A stretch of 51,007 bases of DNA from Candidatus Binataceae bacterium (GTDB taxonomy: Bacteria > Desulfobacterota > Binatia > Binatales > Binataceae): NCBI GenBank assembly GCA_050010455.1, contig JBEKLA010000025.1, positions 1 to 51,007 on the forward strand, written 5' to 3'. The position numbers and the translations under genes were made by a program. The notes beneath the pieces are model-generated. The model was not told where the DNA came from, made no database searches, and was given only the letters and a program-made list of their open reading frames with translations. Within the stretch, counting starts at the first letter, position 1. Each line of letters begins with the position of its first letter. This document shows positions 1 to 8,647 of this stretch, piece after piece.

Positions 1-63
1 GCTACCCACATCGACCCTTGCTCACCCCGCCCAGTCCCCATCGCCATGCAACACATTGTAGTA

Positions 64-282
64 TTACCAATCAATTCTGGCGATCCCTTCGAGTAGCCAC
101 TGACTTTCACCACGGGCTGTTATGCCACGCAGGGGCGGCGGAATTCGGCTTGTCAGCTTTGGCAACTGTCTCCCTGCTGTCTCGACATCGGCGCGGCTCG
201 AGAGAATCTCGCGAGGGACGCCCAGAGCATTTGCCAGCTCATCGATCAGCGACGTGGTGGCCGTACTGATAACCGATGGCAA
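64..282 (-). CDS. Small hypothetical protein with HTH-like segment (phage block)
   Basis: 72-aa ORF (TTG start) directly downstream of the terminase gene. Segment TSLIDELANALGVPREILS looks like a helix-turn-helix. A competing 20-codon ATG ORF (305->243) overlaps its 5' end, so start and reality are uncertain. Confidence 0.25.
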   Translation of the reverse strand: MPSVISTATTSLIDELANALGVPREILSSRADVETAGRQLPKLTSRIPPPLRGITARGESQWLLEGIARIDW

Positions 283-342
283 CCTTGTTCGTGAGTTTCA
301 TTTGTGAACTCAACCGCGCCGAGGGTGGCTGCGGCGTCCCAA

Positions 343-1941
343 TCAAACTTCCGTCATCCTCAGCGCGCGCGCTTCGTCGCGGGTGCGGTTATACAACTTG
401 ATCAGCGGGTTCGGGTTGGGGCTTAAGCTTTGCGGTTGCGGAGACAGCTCGCCCCGCTGTCGCGTATGTTCATACTTGATCAGTGCCCGCGCCTGTTGCA
501 TGAGGTTTTCGAACACCGGATCTTCGTCCTGCGCGAATGCTAAAACCAGTGAATCGGCCCGGTCTGGCGATTTCACACCGCGCCGGCGCAGCTCGTCCTT
601 TGACTCAATGGTGGCCTGGCCTCGTGGATTGGCCCGGTAGCGAATGGTCGCAAGCTGCGAGAGGGTACGTTCGTCTCGTAGACCCCTTATTTCTCCTTTG
701 CGAAAGCGCTCGCGGATGCCCCAGAAATATTCGGCCTTGCGATTTGCAAAGCGCTGAGGGTTGTTGGCCGTCGTTCCGACATTGACGAGTTCTACGGGGA
801 ACCCGAGATCTCGTAGGTGCAGTCCGAAATTGTAACCGATACCAACCGAGTCGACCTTCACCTTTTCAAGCCGGGGCTTCCACGGATTCAGGAAGGCCAC
901 AACTTCGCCGCGCGGGTCCGGAGACGATAAGAAGCGTTGCGCCAGGATCGAATCCTGGCTGCGTATCGTGACAACCGTCTCGTCATCGCCCGGACCGGCG
1001 ACATCTATCCCCGCGATGACACGCCCGTAGGAATCTTGTGGCTCCCCTTTCGCCGCTTCCAGCCATGCCAGCGAGATCAATGCGTCTTCCGCCTGTTCCG
1101 GGAATTGACCGCGCACGCGCGCTTGCCAGAGCGGTGACTCCTCGCCCCACTCCCAGAACCGCTCATAGACCCAGCGCCGGCTAACCAGATAGGGGCGTGG
1201 TTGAAACGCAAACAGCGAGTGGTCAGCGGGCAGGTCGGGCGGCAAGCCGCGCAACGATTCGAGCGTGAAGCCCTCTAGGTTAGGGGTCGCGAACGCATCG
1301 ATGGTGATGGTCTTCCAGCCGGAGCGGTTTTCGGTAAACGCATCGTAAAAAGGTCCGCCCGCGATGATCGGATTGCCGAGCGCTAGGATGTGGACGTCGC
1401 CGCCGGCACGTGCACCTTCGATCGCTTCCCAGATCTCCGCTTCGATACCGGGCGCCTCATCGATTTCGATGAGCACGTGAGCGCCGTGGATGCCCTGGAA
1501 ATTTATGCCTTCGCTGGTCGACCAACCGACCGCGTAATTGCCCGGCGCCAATTTGAGCTCGGTGAGATTAGGCTTGGGATATTTGAACGCACTCCCTCGC
1601 AGGGCTTTGTGCAGCTCCATCCACAGTAGCTTCTCCACCTGCTCAAACTTCGGCGCGGTGGTGATGACGATGCCGTCGCTGTAGCGGGTAATCCACCACA
1701 ACGCCAGCTCGGCGGCGGCGAAGGTCTTGCTGGATGCGTGGCACGCTTTGACCGCCACCCGCGGGTGCGCGGCGACGGCTTTGAGGATTTCAGCATGAGT
1801 TACCCAGGGGTGGTGGCCGAGCACTGCCTGAACATACATCTGCGGGTCGCACAGGATAGCGGCGAGCTGTCGATCAGATTCCTTGTCGCCCGTGCTGGCG
1901 AAACGCGTTTGGACCCCATCTCTCGGAAGCTTCGTTCTCAT
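343..1941 (-). CDS. terL: Phage terminase large subunit
   Basis: ORF 343..2037 trimmed to ATG 1939-1941, which has GGAGGAG 7 nt upstream. ATPase motifs VAVKACHASSKT (Walker A-like) and HVLIEIDEAPGI (Walker B). C-terminal RNaseH-like nuclease acidic motifs IAGIDVAGPGDDETV, VKVDSVGIG, SPDRADSLVLAF. Confidence 0.8.
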   Translation of the reverse strand: MRTKLPRDGVQTRFASTGDKESDRQLAAILCDPQMYVQAVLGHHPWVTHAEILKAVAAHPRVAVKACHASSKTFAAAELALWWITRYSDGIVITTAPKFEQVEKLLWMELHKALRGSAFKYPKPNLTELKLAPGNYAVGWSTSEGINFQGIHGAHVLIEIDEAPGIEAEIWEAIEGARAGGDVHILALGNPIIAGGPFYDAFTENRSGWKTITIDAFATPNLEGFTLESLRGLPPDLPADHSLFAFQPRPYLVSRRWVYERFWEWGEESPLWQARVRGQFPEQAEDALISLAWLEAAKGEPQDSYGRVIAGIDVAGPGDDETVVTIRSQDSILAQRFLSSPDPRGEVVAFLNPWKPRLEKVKVDSVGIGYNFGLHLRDLGFPVELVNVGTTANNPQRFANRKAEYFWGIRERFRKGEIRGLRDERTLSQLATIRYRANPRGQATIESKDELRRRGVKSPDRADSLVLAFAQDEDPVFENLMQQARALIKYEHTRQRGELSPQPQSLSPNPNPLIKLYNRTRDEARALRMTEV

Positions 1942-2118
1942 AAGACCACTCCTCCACCCGTCCACCCGGGGAATCGCCCGGATACTCCTCCTCGGCTCTA
2001 AGCTTCGCTTGTTCCGATCCGTTGCCTCAGGCAACACGAAAGTGTTTTCGAAAGAGTCTCGATGTAGGGACCATAATAGATTCCCCGACCTGCCGGCGGT
2101 GAATCTAAAATCGACCTG

Positions 2119-2655
2119 CTAGCCCTCCTCGTCTTCCTGCTTCACCCGTTCAATCACCTCCCGCGCTAGCGTAATTGGTATCGGCGCATCGCCCTTGCCG
2201 CTCAGCTCGAGCTTGCTGGGTGGTTCATAGCCCACTATCTTGGCCTTGAGCGTGAGCACCCGGACGGCAGCCTCGATCGCCTTGGGGTCTCCCTTTTTTG
2301 TCGCTGGCTGCAGCGACAAAAACATTTCTTCGCAGCGGTCGGTGTCCAGCCGCCGATGCTCGCGGGCCTCAAAGCTCGGTTCCCGTTCCATCCGTCGCCG
2401 ATACGCTTTCGAGCAGCCCATCTTGGTGATGCCGTAATTGGGCGGAAACGTCACGCCTTCCGGCAATGAAACCGTTGGCACATATTCGCCGCGTCCAGCT
2501 CGCGTGAGAAGCTCGGCGATGGTCTCGAAGCTCGCCACGCCCATGCGCTTGAGCCGAATGACCTCGCGCTCGACCCAGCGGCTGATCAAGAGCTTGGTGG
2601 TGATCTGGATCGAGGACCGATTACCGCGAAAACGGCCGTCTGAATGACGTTTCAT
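2119..2655 (-). CDS. Putative terminase small subunit / HTH DNA-binding protein
   Basis: 178-aa ORF immediately upstream of terL. Its ATG overlaps the methylase stop (ATGA at 2652-2655) and is preceded by GGAGG. HTH-like segment RMGVASFETIAELLTRAG. Assignment rests on position and size only. Confidence 0.4.
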   Translation of the reverse strand: MKRHSDGRFRGNRSSIQITTKLLISRWVEREVIRLKRMGVASFETIAELLTRAGRGEYVPTVSLPEGVTFPPNYGITKMGCSKAYRRRMEREPSFEAREHRRLDTDRCEEMFLSLQPATKKGDPKAIEAAVRVLTLKAKIVGYEPPSKLELSGKGDAPIPITLAREVIERVKQEDEEG

Positions 2656-4001
2656 CGCTCCAGCCTCCTACTCACCGCCTGCCGAACTCGCACATTTGTA
2701 TCGACAAGTTCCGGCTCAAGGCCGAGTTGGCTCATGCGCTCGAGTGATACCGCGGTATAGGCGGGATCTATTTCGACCGCGTAACCGATGCGGCGGAGCT
2801 GATGGGCAGCCAGCAGGGTCGTGCCCGAGCCGGCGAAGGGATCGTAGACGATCTCATCCCGTCGGCTGCTGTTGGCGATCATGCTAGCCACCAACTCGAC
2901 TGGCTTCATGACGCTGTGCAGATCGCTGACCCGGGGCTTGTCGACTTCGAAGACTGAATCCTGCGTCCGATCGCTGATGAAATAGTGCGGCCCGTTTTCG
3001 AGCCATCCGTACAGGATCGCTTCGTGACGGTAGTGATAGTCCGCGAGACCGATTACGAAGTGACTCTTGACCCAGACCAACGAGTGCTTGAAGGAAAACC
3101 CCGAACCTTCGAATCCCGCAATGAAGTACCGCAGCAGTGACCCTGACGGGACAGTCGCATAGCAAGCCGCACCCGCGACGGCGAAACGCAGACTGACCTT
3201 CAGCGCGGTTTCAAATAGTAATTGTGCTTGCTCAGGTGATAGGTCATCATTTACAATCGGTTTTTGAACGCGATTACCGCGATCGCTCCGATTCAAGTAC
3301 TCATTCTTGGAGGCGTAGTTAATCGCGTATGGCGGATCGCACCAGATCATCCTGAACCTTTCACCCTTCACCATCAGCCGCTCCAGTTCTGAGGGGTCGC
3401 GGCAATCGGCGCAGAGCAGCCGGTGCGGCCCGACCCGCCAAAGCTGACCCGATTGCGTGCCCCACTTCTTTTGTAGCTCGAAGGCCTTATCGATCTGCGG
3501 CTCGGGATCTTTCAGCGCCCCGAGTTCGGGCATCTCGCAGCTCGCCTGATCGGCGATTGTTTCGAGCAGCGCGCTCACCGCCGCGCTGTCGGTCTTGACC
3601 GTGGCCAGCAGCTCCTTGATCCGCTCCACGTCTCCCTGCGCTAGGCCGGCCAACGGATCGAGCGTCAGCAAGAGCTTGTCGGCCTCCTCCGCGGTTACAT
3701 CTAAAACCAGCACCGGTACCACCAAGTCGGGCGTGGTCTCGGCGCGCAGGTGACCGTCGATCAGCAATAGCTTTCCACTGGGCAACTCGCGCGCCAGCAA
3801 AGCGTCGGCATAGCCGATCTCTGTTAACAGCCCGCGCAGCGCGTCAGCCTGCGTCTTCGGATGACGTCGCCAGTTTTTCGGATTTCGGAGCAACTCGCGC
3901 GCGCGAACTCTGCGCAGTTCCCGGATGCGATCACGAATAGCCAAAGGCGCGTCGCCGCGCACCGGGCCTGCACCGGAATTCAAATCCGCCATTTTGGGCA
4001 T
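2652..4001 (-). CDS. ParB-like N-terminal domain fused to beta-class N6-adenine/N4-cytosine DNA methyltransferase
   Basis: ORF 2652..4352 trimmed to ATG 3999-4001 (MPKMADLNS) with AGGAGG upstream. ParB-type segment LLRNPKNWRRHPKTQADALRGLLTEIGY. Motif IV IWCDPPY precedes motif I YDPFAGSGTT, the beta-class order. Confidence 0.85.
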   Translation of the reverse strand: MPKMADLNSGAGPVRGDAPLAIRDRIRELRRVRARELLRNPKNWRRHPKTQADALRGLLTEIGYADALLARELPSGKLLLIDGHLRAETTPDLVVPVLVLDVTAEEADKLLLTLDPLAGLAQGDVERIKELLATVKTDSAAVSALLETIADQASCEMPELGALKDPEPQIDKAFELQKKWGTQSGQLWRVGPHRLLCADCRDPSELERLMVKGERFRMIWCDPPYAINYASKNEYLNRSDRGNRVQKPIVNDDLSPEQAQLLFETALKVSLRFAVAGAACYATVPSGSLLRYFIAGFEGSGFSFKHSLVWVKSHFVIGLADYHYRHEAILYGWLENGPHYFISDRTQDSVFEVDKPRVSDLHSVMKPVELVASMIANSSRRDEIVYDPFAGSGTTLLAAHQLRRIGYAVEIDPAYTAVSLERMSQLGLEPELVDTNVRVRQAVSRRLER

Positions 4002-4020
4002 TTCTGCTTTCCTCCTGTTT

Positions 4021-4035
4021 GCGAACACTGTTCGC
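4021..4035. promoter_or_regulatory. Perfect 15-bp palindrome GCGAACACTGTTCGC in the divergent promoter region (candidate repressor operator)
   Basis: Read directly. It lies 20 nt upstream of the methylase ATG. Arms CGAAC/GTTCG match Cheo-type LexA box arms, but the spacer is 3 nt rather than 4. Confidence 0.35.
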
Positions 4036-4134
4036 GCTGATCGGTTGGATTTTATCGCGTGAGAGAACCGGCTAAGATTATGTGACGCGGCGTGTGACAG
4101 GGTGCCGAATTGAGGATGCTGGGAGGAACTACGC

Positions 4135-5316
4135 GTGCGAGCCCTGCAAGTCTGGCTGCCGACCTTCGCCAGCAAAATTAACCTGCCCGATGCAGGACGC
4201 GACGCGCGTCGCGCGTTTGAGCTGTGGCGGAACGAATCTCTTGTGTTCTTGCTGCCGGAGCTTAAGGAACCAAAAAGATTCTCCGCAAATGGTGTGCACG
4301 CGCTCGCCATCCCGTCCGAGCAGCTGGACCGGATTGATATCCTCCACATCAACAGCGAGGGCGCAATTTACGCCCCGACCGCCTCGGCGCTTCCGCCTAC
4401 TGTGGACGGTCTGTTAGAGGCGTGGCTTAATGTGCCAAAGCTTGGCGGATTCGAGCTCGTTCCCCCGCAGGCATCGTTTCCGTTTCCGGTTCCACGGTTC
4501 GATCCCGAGTGGAGCGGATACGATGTGCTTAGCTTCGATCCGTCCCCTGGCGCGATGCTTCCCTTTGTCGCCAAAAATACGGAGACCAGAGAGGTGACCG
4601 CGGCTTGGCCGCCGGAGGGGTCGCCGCTTACGGTTTCTCCTGAAGCGGAGAGTTGCGAACTGTTCCCGCTCACGAATGTGAATGGCTGCATCGATGACGC
4701 CGTTACTGCCGATGGAGAGCGCGTCCTTCGCAAGTTCCTAAAATGGCCGGCTCCGTTGGACCGCTTCATGCCGTTCTTAAGCGGCCTGGACGATCTGTTC
4801 TGCCTTCAGCAAACAGCGAGGATTGCGCGCCAAGCGACAACGGCTCCGGCCGAAGCCTACTTGGCGGCGGATCGGTCCGCCGAACCCTATTTGTTTAATG
4901 GCCATTCCACCCGTGAGCTTTCCTGGCTCCGTCCCGCACTGAAGCAAAAGGGCGCTCAACACGTCCTGTTGCAGGCGGAGGAGAGAGGTCTGCTCGTGCC
5001 GCAGGCTTTACGCAGCAGGCCTTGGGACGATGCTCTACTTCAGGAACTGCTCAAACTAGCGAGCTGGCAAGAGGTGCTTCGCCAAACGATACCGATCCGC
5101 CGTGCCTGGGGTGCCACGGGGCTTTTCTGGTCGCTGTTTCTGGATCGATTAGAAGAAGGGAGGACCTTTGCGACCTGCCAAAAATGCAATCGAATCATTG
5201 CCGCCGGACCAGACAAGAAGTTTTGCAGTGCCGCCGACGATCGAGGGTGCTTCAGAAGCAGGCGAGCCGCCGACCAGCGCCGGTCGCGCGCTAATCGCGA
5301 AAATGAGGTATTTTAA
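4135..5316 (+). CDS. Hypothetical protein with C-terminal CGNR-like zinc ribbon and basic tail
   Basis: 393-aa ORF with GTG start 4135, GGGAGGA 8 nt upstream and GC-rich third codon positions. C-terminus CQKCNRIIAAGPDKKFCSAADDRGCFRSRRAADQRRSR resembles the CxxC...(R/K)(W/F)CS...C...R pattern of CGNR zinc fingers. The N-terminal ~330 aa are unrecognisable. Confidence 0.6.
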   Translation: MRALQVWLPTFASKINLPDAGRDARRAFELWRNESLVFLLPELKEPKRFSANGVHALAIPSEQLDRIDILHINSEGAIYAPTASALPPTVDGLLEAWLNVPKLGGFELVPPQASFPFPVPRFDPEWSGYDVLSFDPSPGAMLPFVAKNTETREVTAAWPPEGSPLTVSPEAESCELFPLTNVNGCIDDAVTADGERVLRKFLKWPAPLDRFMPFLSGLDDLFCLQQTARIARQATTAPAEAYLAADRSAEPYLFNGHSTRELSWLRPALKQKGAQHVLLQAEERGLLVPQALRSRPWDDALLQELLKLASWQEVLRQTIPIRRAWGATGLFWSLFLDRLEEGRTFATCQKCNRIIAAGPDKKFCSAADDRGCFRSRRAADQRRSRANRENEVF

Positions 5317-5495
5317 AACATCGTTTGTTTAAGGTCGGCTAGCCCAAGCCTCACCCTGTGTAAACCACCGTAACGATGTAAACCGCGAAAGCCGTTAAAT
5401 AGAGCTTATTTCAGTCCCTTCACCCTGCACCGCCGCTCGTAATCGAGCGGATTGTAATCTGACCGCGCTTGCCCTATACGGTCAGTTGAACGGCG

Positions 5496-6299
5496 ATGAG
5501 TTTCCCCTACTACAAGCAGCACTGGATTGATGTCGAGCCGGAGCGTCAGGCGGCGTACGAAACGCTGTTCAGCTTCCATCCGGCGATGGAGCCGTTGCTG
5601 GCGCCGCTGGATTTGCGGCCCGGGTTGAAGGTGCTGGACGTTGGCTCGGGGCCGGGGCAAACGACGATCGAGATTGCGCGCAGAGTCGGGCCCGCCGGCG
5701 GAGTGACCGGGATCGATATCAACTCGGACTTCATCGCGCGAGCGCGGACGCGCGCGCGTGAGCAGCAGCTTGATTCCCGGATCAAATTTGTCGCGTCTGC
5801 TTTTCCGCCGCTGCCGTTTGCCGACGCGAGCTTCGATCGCGTCTGGTGCAAGAACGTACTCGAGTATGTCGATTCCGCTGCCGAGACCGTTGCCGAGATG
5901 GTGCGAGTGACCGCGCCCGGCGGCGTGGTGGTGGCTTCGGACAGCGATTGGGAAATGATGGTGCTCGAGGTCGGACCGAAGGGGCAGGCGCGCTGCGATC
6001 GGATCATGGCCGCAGCCAAGGCGGTCGCGCTCAACGAGCCACGTATCGGCCGGCGGTTGCTGGGACTGTTTCGCGCGGCCGGATTGCGCGACGTCAAAGT
6101 GAAAGTGCTTCCGGGAGCCGATCAGTCCGGACGGACCGCTCCGGTACCGCGGGCGAGCTTTGCCAACTACGCGGCCGCCTCGGGCCAGATCAGCAATGAT
6201 GAAATTCAGCAGTGGCTGGCCGATATCGATCGAGCGATCAAGGACGGTCTCTACTTCTTTATCCTGCCTCAGTTCGTCGCGCGCGGCGTCAAAGCCTGA
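5496..6299 (+). CDS. Class I SAM-dependent methyltransferase
   Basis: Motif I VLDVGSGPGQTT, post-I GIDINSDF, FDRVWCKNVLEYV and VTAPGGVVV. Confidence 0.8.
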   Translation: MSFPYYKQHWIDVEPERQAAYETLFSFHPAMEPLLAPLDLRPGLKVLDVGSGPGQTTIEIARRVGPAGGVTGIDINSDFIARARTRAREQQLDSRIKFVASAFPPLPFADASFDRVWCKNVLEYVDSAAETVAEMVRVTAPGGVVVASDSDWEMMVLEVGPKGQARCDRIMAAAKAVALNEPRIGRRLLGLFRAAGLRDVKVKVLPGADQSGRTAPVPRASFANYAAASGQISNDEIQQWLADIDRAIKDGLYFFILPQFVARGVKA

Positions 6300-6451
6300 A
6301 TTGGCGCTTCGTTGCGGCATCCAATTGCCGAATCGGAATCGGTCGAAGATTCACTTAAAGACCTTCTCGTAGCGCCAGTTGTTTTCGGAAACGGGTTACC
6401 CCGCCGCGCGATCATGCGGTTGACCGCGAGATTGCGCGGCGCGAGGGGTAA

Positions 6452-8623
6452 ATGTTCGGATCGGCAAAGCGGTTTGGAGGCGCGGTCTGCGTATCAGTCT
6501 GCGCGATTGTTTTACTCTGCGCTGGAACGCGTGCCTTTTCAGGCTCGAAGGTCGCGGGATGCGGTTTGCTGCGGCAGGATTTCGCGGTCGGCACCAATCC
6601 GATCGCCGTGGTGGTGGCTGACGTCAATGGTGACGGCCTGCCCGACATCGTAACTGCCGACGCACTAACGCAAACGCTTTCGGTTCTGCTGCGCCGTCCG
6701 GGTGCGTTGTATCAGCGCTTGGCTGACAAGGCCCTCAACGGAGTGCCGCGCGCGCTGGCGGCGGGTGATTTCAACGGCGACGGTAAGATCGACTTGGCGG
6801 TGGCGATGGGCGCCAACTCGGTAAGCATCTTGCTCGGCAACGGCGACGGCACCTTCACCGCGACCACGAGCGTATCGGTTGGTTCGACTCCGAGCGCGAT
6901 CGCGGTGGCTGATTTTAACGGCGACGGCAATCTGGACTTGGCGGTCGCAGACCGCGGCTCGGCCAAGGTCTCGATCGCTCTGGGCAACGGCAAAGGGGGA
7001 TTCAGCACGCCGGTGAGTTATGCGGTGGGACTGGCGCCAAGCTCGATTGTGGCAGGCGATTTTAACGGCGATGGCAAGCTCGATCTGGCGGTGGCCAACT
7101 TCACCTCTTTGTCGATCGGCACACTGCTTGGCGACGGTACGGGCAAGTTCACCGCGGGACCCACGACCGCGCTTCCTCTGCCGCCGTCGCAGATCGTTGC
7201 CGCCGACTTCAATCGCGACGGCAAGCTTGACCTGGCGGTCGCGCTGGGCGCTATGGGCTCCACCCTCGGGGCAATCTTGACCAATAACGGCAGTGCGAGT
7301 TTCTCGACCGCGATGATGCAGGCCGGGAGTCAGCCGCTATCGCTGGTGGCAGCCGATTTCAACGGCGACGGCAAGGTCGACTTGGCGGCGGCGGACTGGG
7401 GCTCGAACAGCGTGTCGGTGATGTTAGGGCAGGGCACCGGCAAATTCACTGCTCCCAATGTCTACACGGCTGGTATGCTGCCCATCGCGATAGCCGCTGG
7501 CGACGTCAACGGCGACGGCTCGATCGATATCGTCACGGCGAATAACGGCGCGGCGTCAATCTCGGTTCTTCCGAATCAGGGAAACGGCACGTTCGCTTAC
7601 ACTCCCTCATCGTATGCGGCGGGTCCGCAACCGAGAGCGCTGACGGTTGCCGACTTCAATGGTGACGGCAAGCTTGACGTCGCGACCGCGAATTCCGGCA
7701 ATGGTACCGTTTCGCTTCTGTTCAACGACGGTTCCGGCCATTTGAGCAGCAGTTTCACGGCGCCGGCTGACAACCAGCCGTTCGCGCTAACGTCGGCCGA
7801 TTTCAACGGCGACGGGATCCGCGATATCGCGGTTGCCAACCATCACTCCAACGACGTTTCAATCCTGTTCGGCGCTGGCCTGGGCTATTTCATGCCCCCC
7901 TCCAATTATCCGGTAGGCCAGGCCCCGGCGGCGATCGTCACTGCGGATTTCAATGGCGACGGTGCGCCCGACCTGGCGACGGCAAACTACGGCGGCAACT
8001 CGGTTTCAATTCTGCTCAACGACGGCTTTGGCGACTTCCCTTCCCCGGTCAACTTTGCCGCGGGCAATTATCCGCTGGCGCTGGCCAGCGGCGATTTTAA
8101 TGGTGACGGCAAGCTCGATCTGCTGGTCGCCGCATCCGGAGACAATCAGGTCGATCTGTTACTGGGCGACGGTACGGGAAATTTCAGCGCGCCGACCACG
8201 TTTGCGGTGGGGCAGTATCCGCGCGCGATCGCGCTTGGCGATTTCAACGGTGACGGCAAGCTCGACGCCGCGGTAGCCAACGGGCTGGACAATACCGTTT
8301 CGATCTTGTTGGGCAACGGCTCCGGCGGGTTCGCCGCGGCCACGACTTTTTCGGTGGGAGCTGCACCGTCGGCGATCGTGGCCGGCGACTGGAATCGAGA
8401 CGGGAAGCTCGACCTGGCGGTGGCGGACGCGGGGGCGAGCGCAGTGTCGATTCTATGGGGTGACGGAACCGGAAATTTCACCGTCGGTACTTTCTATGCG
8501 AGCAGCTCACCGTTCGGTATCGCCAGCGCCATCTTTGATTCGAGCGGATTGCCGAGCCTGGCTTTAGCGGGCATGGGGAACAATCAGGTGACCTTGGTAC
8601 CTAGCTGCGCGTTTCTATTCTAA
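6452..8623 (+). CDS. Secreted FG-GAP/VCBS repeat protein
   Basis: Signal-peptide-like N-terminus (MFGSAKRFGGAVCVSVCAIVLLCAGTRAFS). 13 copies of the D-[FVW]-N-[GR]-D-G-x-x-D-[LIVA]-[AVL]-[VTA]-A motif at about 55-65 aa spacing. Confidence 0.85.
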   Translation: MFGSAKRFGGAVCVSVCAIVLLCAGTRAFSGSKVAGCGLLRQDFAVGTNPIAVVVADVNGDGLPDIVTADALTQTLSVLLRRPGALYQRLADKALNGVPRALAAGDFNGDGKIDLAVAMGANSVSILLGNGDGTFTATTSVSVGSTPSAIAVADFNGDGNLDLAVADRGSAKVSIALGNGKGGFSTPVSYAVGLAPSSIVAGDFNGDGKLDLAVANFTSLSIGTLLGDGTGKFTAGPTTALPLPPSQIVAADFNRDGKLDLAVALGAMGSTLGAILTNNGSASFSTAMMQAGSQPLSLVAADFNGDGKVDLAAADWGSNSVSVMLGQGTGKFTAPNVYTAGMLPIAIAAGDVNGDGSIDIVTANNGAASISVLPNQGNGTFAYTPSSYAAGPQPRALTVADFNGDGKLDVATANSGNGTVSLLFNDGSGHLSSSFTAPADNQPFALTSADFNGDGIRDIAVANHHSNDVSILFGAGLGYFMPPSNYPVGQAPAAIVTADFNGDGAPDLATANYGGNSVSILLNDGFGDFPSPVNFAAGNYPLALASGDFNGDGKLDLLVAASGDNQVDLLLGDGTGNFSAPTTFAVGQYPRAIALGDFNGDGKLDAAVANGLDNTVSILLGNGSGGFAAATTFSVGAAPSAIVAGDWNRDGKLDLAVADAGASAVSILWGDGTGNFTVGTFYASSSPFGIASAIFDSSGLPSLALAGMGNNQVTLVPSCAFLF

Positions 8624-8647
8624 CGGCGCTGCAGCCAGTGGGCGGAT

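Larger units (their letters stand above)
1..5316. mobile_element. Phage-derived block (DNA-packaging genes + ParB-methyltransferase + divergent orphan gene); partial, continues past the left edge
   Basis: Minus-strand gene chain 4001->64 with terminase large-subunit motifs, a coupled terS-like gene and a ParB/DPPY methylase. No integrase, portal or capsid gene inside the window. A lower-GC junction (5317-5495) separates it from ordinary metabolic genes. Confidence 0.5.

Noticed and set aside
4002-4352. 117-codon N-terminal extension of the ParB-methylase ORF
   Set aside because: The extension overlaps the divergent 4135 gene and the intergenic palindrome, and it is Ser/Arg-rich. ATG 3999-4001 has an AGGAGG RBS, and the ParB domain starts right after it.
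6600-8500. Regularly spaced ~27-nt repeats that could be mistaken for a CRISPR array
   Set aside because: They lie inside a continuous 723-codon ORF and encode the DxNGDGKxD FG-GAP motif. The spacing (about 170-190 nt) and the coding context are incompatible with CRISPR.
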